Below the pieces are notes generated by a model. That model made no database searches. It was not told the DNA's origin and saw only the letters and a program-made list of their open reading frames with translations. Made by a program: the position numbers and the translations under genes. DNA of 64,000 nt from a virus. Every line of letters begins with the position of its first letter. Positions within the stretch are counted from its first letter, which is position 1. The stretch lies in the IMG/VR virus record IMGVR_UViG_3300027736_000041, positions 8,075 to 72,074 of that record; one strand, given 5' to 3'. This document shows, one piece after another, positions 56,527 through 64,000 of this stretch.

Positions 56527-59093
56527 TGGCGATCAAAGCCGCATCAAATTTAAATGTTAATAATAAAATAAATAAACTTGGTGTGACGTATGGTCCAGTA
56601 GTTGCAACTACTACAGGGACGTGGACGCAATCCGTCTCTGTTGCCAATGGTGTTACATATGATGTGTGGATGTGTACTGGTTCTGGAAATTGGACTTCCA
56701 ATAGGGACTGTAGGGCAACTGTGCTTCTTGTTGGCGGAGGAGCGGCGGGAGCAGCATGGGGAGGAGGAGGGGGCGGTGCTGGAGGATTCCTAGAAACAGG
56801 CGTCGATGTTACAAGTGGCACAACATACACGATTACTCTTGGTGCAGGGGGGGCTGGAGCAACTCGTGGTGGATCAAACGGATCAGATACGACCATATAC
56901 AGTAACTCAGTTCTTAAATTGATAGCATATGGCGGCGGGTCTGGAGGAATTTACACGGGTAGAAACGGACTTTCTGGCGGAAGTGGCGGAGGAGGAAAGC
57001 AGTCTAGCAATTCTTCAGCAACGCCGGGTGGTCTAGCATCATTTTTAGACTCTAATTCAACTGCTCATCCGCTTGCACAAGGAGGCGATGGAGGCGATGG
57101 TGAAGCAAGAGGAGATGGATATTCTGGTGCAGGTGGTGGTGCATCAGGAATAAAGCCAGCAACACCCGTGCTTGCGGGTGTGGTGGCAATTCCCGGTGCC
57201 CCCGGAAAAGCATGGTCGATAAATGGAGTCACGTATGCCGGTGGTGGTGGCAACGATGGCGGTGGCGCAGGTGGGGCTGGTGGCGGTAGTGCAGGAGCAA
57301 CGGCAGCCGCGGTGAATACCGGTGGTGGCGGCGGTGGAACATATGGAGATGGTACTGTGGGTGGCGCGGGGGGATCGGGCATTGTAGGCATTGCCGTACC
57401 CCGCCAAATCCTTCCCAACGTAGGATCACCAGTCGCAGTAACTGCCTTGATTGGCTCTACTCCTATTGTGCCCGGAACATTGACCTATAACAATGTTGTC
57501 TACACTACCTATACATTCACTGCGTCTGGAACATTGTCTGGATTGAGCAAGGATGTCAATGCAAGAGTGCTTCTTATTGGTGGTGGTGGTGGTGGTGCTG
57601 GCGGGTCTGGCTCAAATTGTGGCGGAGGGGGCGGAGCAGGCGGTCTTGTTGACGCAGGAATGACATTTAAATCTGCAACCAATTACACAGTCACCGTAGG
57701 GGCTGCCGGTGGTGCTGGTGGAAGCGGCGGTGGCACTCCGGGTGGGAACACAACGATTACTGCGCCAACTGGGCAATATCTTTTGGCAACTGGCGGAGGA
57801 GAGGCAAAGGCTTACGGAAATACTGGTGGCTCTGGGGGATCAGGTGCCGGAGGTTCAGGTGCGGGAGCGGGTGGTACAGGCATCACTGGCATGGGATTCT
57901 CTGGTGGAGTTAGCGGAGGATCAACCACTAACAATGCTGGCGGAGGTGGGGGGGCATCAACTGCCGGAGGAACTGGAAACAGTGGTACTGGTTCTCCCGG
58001 TGTGGGCGGTGCAGGACTTGCTTGGATTGACGGAATAACACGAGCAGGTGGGGGCACAGGGGGTAGTTTGACTAACGGGATTACTTTAGCGGGAGGATCA
58101 GGAGGTGGAGGCACGGGCGGATATTTGACACAGGCATTGTTTGACTCAGGAATCACAAAGGGACAAACAAACACCGGAAGCGGCGGAGGCGGTGATCGCG
58201 CTGGGTTTGGATCGGCAGGTGGCTCCGGCGTTGTCATCGTTGCCATACCAAATATTGAACAGACTACTTGGTTGAGTTATGGTGGTTTATCTAATGCGGC
58301 GATTGGAAATACATTAACAGGCACATACACAAGTGGCGGAGTTTCTTATGGATACGTGACTTTTAATTCATCAGATTATTTAAATGTCACTCGATCCGGG
58401 TTTGTAGATATGTTGTTAGTTGGTGGTGGTGGTGGGGGCCGCAACGACATTGGCGGCGGCGGCGGTGGCGGCGGTCATTTTCTTGCAACAAACGTGTGGC
58501 TTTCGGCTGGTTCTAATTCTGTGATAGTTGGGGCTGGAGGAGCAGGAGGGGTTGGCGGTACGGTAATACCATCAAGCAATGGAACAGAATCCGTAGTGGG
58601 AGCAACATACGCTTTTGGTGGCGGAGGCTCTACTGGTGGCGGTGGCAATTATGGATTAAAAGGCGGTTCTGGGGGTGGAGGCGGGGCCGCTACTAGTTCT
58701 CTGGGAGGATCGGCTGTATCAGGTCAGGGCAATATTGGGGGAGGCGGATATTCCACTGGAGGCAGTGGCTCCTCCGGTGGCGGAGGCGGCGGGGCAGGTG
58801 CGGCAGGATCAGCAGGTGTATCTGGCGTTGCAGGTGCTGGTGGTAGTGGAGCAGCGTCTGCCATTACGGGCACTAGTGTTACGCGAGCGGGTGGTGGGGG
58901 TGGCGGAGGCTGGGGATGTACCGGAGGAGCAGGCGGCACAGGTGGTGGGGGTGCTGGTGCCGTTAATGGTGGCGGAACTGGTGGCATAGCAGGTACCGCA
59001 AATACAGGTGGTGGAGGGGGTGCTGGTGCAAATTTAAACGGTGCTGGAGCAACCGGCGGATCAGGCGTTGTAATAGTATTGGTAAAACTTTAA
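56526..59093 (+). CDS. glycine-rich fibre/receptor-binding protein (three Gly-rich domains)
   Basis: TAATG start MAIKAA; three LLxGGG...GGGGGAGG...NTGxGGG...GGSGxV units. Confidence 0.75.
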   Translation: MAIKAASNLNVNNKINKLGVTYGPVVATTTGTWTQSVSVANGVTYDVWMCTGSGNWTSNRDCRATVLLVGGGAAGAAWGGGGGGAGGFLETGVDVTSGTTYTITLGAGGAGATRGGSNGSDTTIYSNSVLKLIAYGGGSGGIYTGRNGLSGGSGGGGKQSSNSSATPGGLASFLDSNSTAHPLAQGGDGGDGEARGDGYSGAGGGASGIKPATPVLAGVVAIPGAPGKAWSINGVTYAGGGGNDGGGAGGAGGGSAGATAAAVNTGGGGGGTYGDGTVGGAGGSGIVGIAVPRQILPNVGSPVAVTALIGSTPIVPGTLTYNNVVYTTYTFTASGTLSGLSKDVNARVLLIGGGGGGAGGSGSNCGGGGGAGGLVDAGMTFKSATNYTVTVGAAGGAGGSGGGTPGGNTTITAPTGQYLLATGGGEAKAYGNTGGSGGSGAGGSGAGAGGTGITGMGFSGGVSGGSTTNNAGGGGGASTAGGTGNSGTGSPGVGGAGLAWIDGITRAGGGTGGSLTNGITLAGGSGGGGTGGYLTQALFDSGITKGQTNTGSGGGGDRAGFGSAGGSGVVIVAIPNIEQTTWLSYGGLSNAAIGNTLTGTYTSGGVSYGYVTFNSSDYLNVTRSGFVDMLLVGGGGGGRNDIGGGGGGGGHFLATNVWLSAGSNSVIVGAGGAGGVGGTVIPSSNGTESVVGATYAFGGGGSTGGGGNYGLKGGSGGGGGAATSSLGGSAVSGQGNIGGGGYSTGGSGSSGGGGGGAGAAGSAGVSGVAGAGGSGAASAITGTSVTRAGGGGGGGWGCTGGAGGTGGGGAGAVNGGGTGGIAGTANTGGGGGAGANLNGAGATGGSGVVIVLVKL

Positions 59094-59106
59094 AAGGAAA
59101 AAAGAA

Positions 59107-59415
59107 ATGGCACATTTTGCGGAACTTGATTCAAACAATATTGTCCAGCGAGTCATCGTCGTAGGAAATGATGTCCTCAAGGATGCTGCCGGACAAGAGA
59201 GCGAGGAACTTGGCAAGGCGTTCTGCCAGAGCCTTCTCGGTGGTAACTGGGTACAGACCAGTTATAATGGGAAGTTCAGGAAGATGTATGCTGGTATTGG
59301 ATATAGGTACATTCCATCTGAAGATGTATTTCTTCCCGGCGATTTTACTTCCATTGCGGCGTATGAAACAGCAATGGCAAAGGCAGTGGCTGATGCGGCG
59401 AAGAAGGGAACATAA
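59107..59415 (+). CDS. small fibre-associated protein (MAHFAEL type)
   Basis: MAHFAELD.NNIV.RVIVV...W.QTSYN...RK.YAGIGY.Y; follows the Gly-rich gene. Confidence 0.7.
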   Translation: MAHFAELDSNNIVQRVIVVGNDVLKDAAGQESEELGKAFCQSLLGGNWVQTSYNGKFRKMYAGIGYRYIPSEDVFLPGDFTSIAAYETAMAKAVADAAKKGT

Positions 59416-59418
59416 TTT

Positions 59419-59751
59419 ATGCCAACGACATACAAGAGGCTAGCTGCAGCATCAACGGCTGCTGCAGGCGTGACGACCGTTCAGACACTCTATACGACAA
59501 CGGTTTCCACCGTTGTCGTCAGTACCATTGCTATTTGCAATCAGTCTGCAACTGCGCAGACGTATCGATTGTGTGTGAGTACTACGACGGCATTTGTTGA
59601 TGCGGGATATCTTGCATTCAATTCCACTGTTCCCGCCAATGATACAATCTTTATTACTTCTGGAATTACTCTTTCTTCAGGAGAGAAATTATTGTGTTCT
59701 TCAAGTGCGACAACTGTATCGTTCAGTGCATTTGGAGCGGAGATTAGTTAA
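59419..59751 (+). CDS. small adaptor-like protein, family copy 3
   Basis: YKRL...VVSTIAICN...YRL...FGAEIS. Confidence 0.75.
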   Translation: MPTTYKRLAAASTAAAGVTTVQTLYTTTVSTVVVSTIAICNQSATAQTYRLCVSTTTAFVDAGYLAFNSTVPANDTIFITSGITLSSGEKLLCSSSATTVSFSAFGAEIS

Positions 59752-61680
59752 ATGAGTATCAAGACATTATCTACTGCAAACGTCAATATTGGTTCCAAGC
59801 CAGATTTTCCTAACGGACTGACGGTTTCATCGGGTAATGTCGGAATCGGAACACGAACGGCGTCTTACCCTCTTGATGTCCAGACACTAGGCTCGGGCGT
59901 AACAATCGCACAACGGTTGGTAGTCAACTCATCCTATTTCACGTTTGCGAACGGCACCGTGACGGTGAATACTGCCTCAAAAATTGGCACCATTACCATT
60001 ACAAGTGCGGAGGCATATACTAGTTCACTTATTTATACCGGCATGATCTTGACTGCGACAAGTGCAGTTGGAAATCTCGGAACGATGGCGGCGGGCACCT
60101 ATGTCGCCGTTACAGGAACGAGCGTCAATGGTTCCAGCCAATTGGTGATTGCCTATTCCTATCCCGGAGGAACAGACCCTGTTGCAGGAACGATCACTTC
60201 AGTCATTGTCAGTGGGTATGTAGCAGGATGGGGGCCATCCTTGCTGTTTACTGGAGGAGGCGCATCAGTTGATCTTGCGTCGATTGCCGGATTAGTTGGA
60301 ACATCAAATTCGAATACTGCTGGAGATTTGGCATTCTACACAAGATCGTCCGGGACACTTGCAGAACGCATGAGGATTACTTCTTCTGGCAACGTCGGCA
60401 TTGGGACCACGAGTCCGGGGGCAAATCTCGATATTCTGGGAGGAACAACACAGGGGTTCAACTACCTTCTTAGATTATCTCCAGTCTCCGGAACAACTTC
60501 TGCGGCTTTGGGAAGAGAAAGTTTTATTAATTTTGGCGCGACATTTAGTAATAATTGGACCGGAACAGATTACGGTACCCGATATAGCGGAGGAATTTCT
60601 TATGGTGCTTATGGAGGAGCAACAAACGCAAGATCGTGGTCAATGAAATTTGCTACCGGTGATGATCTTGCTGGAGACACTCCAACAGAGAGAATGCGAT
60701 TGTTTTCCACTGGAGTCGCATCAAGTGCAACATTACGGGTTGGCGGTATTATAAGTACCTATACTGCGGGGAATTACACCGCTACCGGACAAGAAATAAA
60801 TAGACATAGCATAGTATTTTCCTCTTGGAGAGATGCTCAACAAGATACTTTGGGCGCAAAAATTGAAGCAATTAATTACACAAACAATAATGCTGCTAAT
60901 CTTTATCACCTTACTCAACGCACAGATATTGTTTTTTCTACATTATCTGCTGCATATGCTTCCTCGACGGATTCGACCACAGAAAAAATGCGAATCACTT
61001 CTGCTGGCAAAATTCTAGTGAATGTCAATACTGATAACGGTCCCCAAATGTATGTCTCTGGAGGAGCCGCAGACACTCCTACTGCATACGGTTTTGCTGT
61101 CTGCACTCCAAAGCCTGCTTTAACAGCAGGCAGTTACTCAAATATGGCATATTTTGCTAATAATAGAAGTGCTCTTAATGATGGATTAAGAATTGTAAAT
61201 GTTAGAGCGTCAACGGGAGCAAATATTGGAGACTGGACGACAGAAGATTTTCGTATACTGCGCGATGTAGATCAAAATGGCAATAGTGGATCGGCTCAAT
61301 GTGCAATAGTTTGGGGTTCTTCTACTCTAAGTCTTATGACTGCTAATGCATCCCGAATATACATCAATTCCTCTGGAAACGTCGGCATTGGGACCACTGA
61401 TCCAAAAGCTACCCTTCATGCTAACGGAACCTTTGCCATTACTACAGCAACTTCTGGGACAGCCAACTCAGTTATTCTTGCTGCGGCAAATTATGCACTT
61501 CCGAATGCCACAACGTGTTCAGGAAGAATGTATTGGGTAAAAAATACGAGTACAGGTGCAATTACCATGACTAGCGCAGGGGGAACAATTGACGGCGTAG
61601 CGGCTGGAACAGGTGTGTCACTGGCTCAATACGATTGCTACACTGTTATTTCAGACGGAACTAATTGGTTCATTATTTAG
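59752..61680 (+). CDS. fibre protein
   Basis: Starts MSIKTL; repeated ERMRI.SSGNVGIGT motifs; C-terminal LP...ISDGTNW domain. Confidence 0.75.
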   Translation: MSIKTLSTANVNIGSKPDFPNGLTVSSGNVGIGTRTASYPLDVQTLGSGVTIAQRLVVNSSYFTFANGTVTVNTASKIGTITITSAEAYTSSLIYTGMILTATSAVGNLGTMAAGTYVAVTGTSVNGSSQLVIAYSYPGGTDPVAGTITSVIVSGYVAGWGPSLLFTGGGASVDLASIAGLVGTSNSNTAGDLAFYTRSSGTLAERMRITSSGNVGIGTTSPGANLDILGGTTQGFNYLLRLSPVSGTTSAALGRESFINFGATFSNNWTGTDYGTRYSGGISYGAYGGATNARSWSMKFATGDDLAGDTPTERMRLFSTGVASSATLRVGGIISTYTAGNYTATGQEINRHSIVFSSWRDAQQDTLGAKIEAINYTNNNAANLYHLTQRTDIVFSTLSAAYASSTDSTTEKMRITSAGKILVNVNTDNGPQMYVSGGAADTPTAYGFAVCTPKPALTAGSYSNMAYFANNRSALNDGLRIVNVRASTGANIGDWTTEDFRILRDVDQNGNSGSAQCAIVWGSSTLSLMTANASRIYINSSGNVGIGTTDPKATLHANGTFAITTATSGTANSVILAAANYALPNATTCSGRMYWVKNTSTGAITMTSAGGTIDGVAAGTGVSLAQYDCYTVISDGTNWFII

Positions 61681-61690
61681 GATAATCAAG

Positions 61691-62527
61691 ATGACATATT
61701 TGGCTAGAACAATTATTACCGCAACCACCACGGGAACATGGGCGCAAACGGTACAACAATCCGGCGCAACAGTGTTTGACGTTTGGACGTGTACCGCAAC
61801 GGGCACATGGATACCCTCACGGAATTGCAATGCCTATGTTCTTATGATTGCAGGCGGCGGCGGCGGTGGTTCAGCCGGTGCCGGTGCCGGTGGCGGAGGT
61901 GCAGGTGGATATTTAGAGTTAAGCACACAATTTCTTGCTGGGTCAACATACACGGCGGTGATTGGAGCAGGTGGAGCAACCGTTGCAAGTGGAAGCAATT
62001 CATCGATAACAGTGAGTGGAAGTTATTCTCCGATAGTCGTTGCTGGAGGAGGTTATGGGGGAAGATACAATTATTCCGGTGGCGTTAGCGGGGGCAGTGG
62101 TGGTGGGGGTGCAGCGGTTAATGCAGGAACGCCGGGTGCTTCTTTTTATGGGCAAGGAAACTCTGGCGGATGGGGAATCAGCAACTCAGGTAATAATGAC
62201 GGTGCAGGTGGTGGCGGCGGAGGTGCCGGTGGTCCCGGAGTTTATAATGGAACTGGGGCATACACCGCATCTGCTTCAAATGGAGGTACCGGAAAAATTT
62301 GGTGGGTTGATGGAGTGCGAAGGGCTGGAGGAGGAGGGGCACCGGGAAATTCTTATCTTCAAAACCCAGCGATTACGGATGGAACCGCTGATGGTGGAGG
62401 CGGTGCAGGATCACAAACAACGGGAGGAAATGGAACTTCCAACACGGGCGGTGGCGGAGGTGCTGGCCGAGGAGTTGCTTCAGGCAGCGGCGGGTCTGGG
62501 GTGATCCTGATTGCGGTGCGACGCTAA
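61691..62527 (+). CDS. glycine-rich protein (single domain), paralog of the 56526 N-terminal domain
   Basis: TTTGTW.Q.V...G...DVW.CT..G.W...R.C.A.VL shared with 56526. Confidence 0.75.
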   Translation: MTYLARTIITATTTGTWAQTVQQSGATVFDVWTCTATGTWIPSRNCNAYVLMIAGGGGGGSAGAGAGGGGAGGYLELSTQFLAGSTYTAVIGAGGATVASGSNSSITVSGSYSPIVVAGGGYGGRYNYSGGVSGGSGGGGAAVNAGTPGASFYGQGNSGGWGISNSGNNDGAGGGGGGAGGPGVYNGTGAYTASASNGGTGKIWWVDGVRRAGGGGAPGNSYLQNPAITDGTADGGGGAGSQTTGGNGTSNTGGGGGAGRGVASGSGGSGVILIAVRR

Positions 62528-62631
62528 TGGCGCATTACGCTGAAGTCGACACCGACAACCGTGTGATACGCGTCCTCGTGGTCGCCAACGATGTGATAAC
62601 CACGCCGGATGGCATCGAATTTCAGAGATAG
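62527..62631 (+). pseudogene. truncated remnant of a MAHFAEL-type gene (paralog of 59107..59415)
   Basis: MAHYAEVDTDNRVIRVLVVANDVITTPDGIEFQR then stop, 34 aa. Confidence 0.7.
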
Positions 62632-62688
62632 CAAGAGAATTATTATTTTTTCAATTCTATATACTTATTGAAAAGAAATTTGTAAATC

Positions 62689-62874
62689 ATGGTCGAACAA
62701 AGAAATCCGTTTAATTTGCCAAGTTATTGGTCAGATGATGTCAACGGCAATCGAACATTACGCAAGGAAGTATTGCGTCCTAAATCAAACATAACTAATG
62801 CTGACTATGCGTATGCGGACACATTTGCTGGCCAAGGATCGGTCATTCCCATAGCATTTCCAATATCGTTCTAA
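62689..62874 (+). CDS. small hypothetical protein
   Basis: 61-aa ORF filling an intergenic gap; weak RBS. Confidence 0.35.
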   Translation: MVEQRNPFNLPSYWSDDVNGNRTLRKEVLRPKSNITNADYAYADTFAGQGSVIPIAFPISF

Positions 62875-62948
62875 ATTTGCGCCAATCAAAAAATATGCTA
62901 TACTAGACACCAAGGCGGAAGCCAACACAACAAAGGAGAGCGAAACCT

Positions 62949-63320
62949 GTGGCGTCAAACAACAATATCGTGGATGCGGAGTTCAGGATGGAAGAAACCG
63001 AAGTGATCGAAGCCAGTCCGGAAGGCGTTGGAGAGACGATGGATTACGACCAGTTCGTTGACGTGCTTGCTGACGGCAAGTACGGCGGGGAACTCTGGGC
63101 TGAGGCGGAACGCGAGAAGATCAGGTCGCAGGCGGAGGTGCGTCTTGCAAGCAAGCGTAACAATGAGCAGCGACTGAACGCCGCGACCGAGCGACTGCGC
63201 AAGGCCGTCGATGACCAGAAGGCTATCGAGGAAGAGTTCCCTTCGGCTCAGAAGTGGGGCAAGTACTACATCTCGCTTGAGGCGGTCAACGCAAAGCAGG
63301 CTGAGGCAAACACTCCGTAA
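62949..63320 (+). CDS. hypothetical coiled-coil protein
   Basis: GTG start with RBS AAGGAG; upstream TGCTATACT and downstream terminator. Confidence 0.7.
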   Translation: MASNNNIVDAEFRMEETEVIEASPEGVGETMDYDQFVDVLADGKYGGELWAEAEREKIRSQAEVRLASKRNNEQRLNAATERLRKAVDDQKAIEEEFPSAQKWGKYYISLEAVNAKQAEANTP

Positions 63321-63349
63321 CCTAGTCGTTGAATTAGGATTGAAGCATG

Positions 63350-63378
63350 AAACGGGCCGTGAGGCCCGTTTTTTGTTT
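63350..63378 (+). terminator. intrinsic terminator
   Basis: AAACGGGCC-GTGA-GGCCCGTTT followed by TTTGTTT. Confidence 0.85.
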
Positions 63379-63442
63379 GTGGTTATCTATCTGGTAGGAT
63401 ATAAGTCAACACCGAAGTTTGAACTTCGGCAAAGGAGACTTT

Positions 63443-64000
63443 ATGGCCAACGCGCCGTTTGCACGCGGTTCCACTCCAAAGACCCGATTGAAAAACGTGC
63501 CTCATCCCTTGAATGATGGAAATCCTCTTGAGACTGAGGACGATCACATTCTGGCCCGAATTGCCAAGACCCCTGAAGGCAAGGTCCGCTACGAAGATGT
63601 ATTTCGCGTAGCTAAGGAACTGCAGGGGATCAAGAAACAAGCAGCGTACCGATCCGAGAAAACGTATCTCGATCTCCGTCACGCTGATGGTCCCATCGGA
63701 ATGGTGTACTCCTCTGATTGGCATCTTGGTTCGCTTGGATGCGATTACGACCAGATGCAGAAAGACCTTGATTTCCTTTTTGCAACGCCAAATATTGGTC
63801 TTGCCACTGTAGGTGATCTCAAGGACAATTTTGGCTCATTCAAGAATGTGGCAGCCATTCATAGCCAAGCATTCGCAGGAGACTTGCAGAACTTGGTGCT
63901 TGAAGATATTGCGACCCGTCTTGTACAAGCAAACAAGTTATGGATCATCACGTGGGATAACCATAGCGTTGAGTTTGATGAGCGCGTCATTGGTTATGAA
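63443..64000 (+). CDS. calcineurin-like metallophosphoesterase, 3'-partial
   Basis: Absent from the ORF track (no stop). Manual translation MANAPFARG...SDWHLG...VGDLKD...WDNH; RBS AAGGAG. Confidence 0.8.
   Translation, partial: MANAPFARGSTPKTRLKNVPHPLNDGNPLETEDDHILARIAKTPEGKVRYEDVFRVAKELQGIKKQAAYRSEKTYLDLRHADGPIGMVYSSDWHLGSLGCDYDQMQKDLDFLFATPNIGLATVGDLKDNFGSFKNVAAIHSQAFAGDLQNLVLEDIATRLVQANKLWIITWDNHSVEFDERVIGYE

Noticed and set aside
62629-62631. TAG read-through or alternative genetic code
   Set aside because: Long genes are intact under the standard code and TAG ends several genes cleanly (406, 42383, 49554, 61680); sequence after this TAG does not resume similarity.
1-64000. A complete diversity-generating retroelement
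   Set aside because: No reverse transcriptase motif, Avd-like gene or non-coding template copy recognisable in this window; only the codon pattern is reported.

Overview
A 64 kb segment of a large contractile-tailed (myovirus-like) bacteriophage, coding almost entirely on the + strand in the standard genetic code. About 1-3.5 kb holds non-structural genes, a tRNA-Leu(UAA) and two candidate small RNAs. Head genes follow (prohead protease, acidic scaffold-like protein, major capsid protein resembling SPO1/Twort-like phages), then a probable tail-completion gene and an unusual ~20 kb island of fibre/adhesin genes (9.8-29.6 kb). Next come tail sheath, tube, assembly chaperones with a probable +1 frameshift, a tape measure with lytic transglycosylase and M23 domains, baseplate genes, a 2187-aa tail fibre and a second fibre cluster (49.6-62.6 kb). 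A metallophosphoesterase runs off the right end. The most striking feature is two paralogous proteins carrying seven 7-bladed beta-propellers (49 blades of ~138 bp). Their framework DNA is nearly homogeneous, while two loops per blade are hypervariable with an NNT codon pattern reminiscent of DGR adenine mutagenesis, yet no reverse transcriptase or template repeat is visible in this window. They sit within a repeated adaptor/docking-peptide gene pattern with truncated paralogues at cassette edges. All functional calls come from motif recognition and gene order, not database searches.
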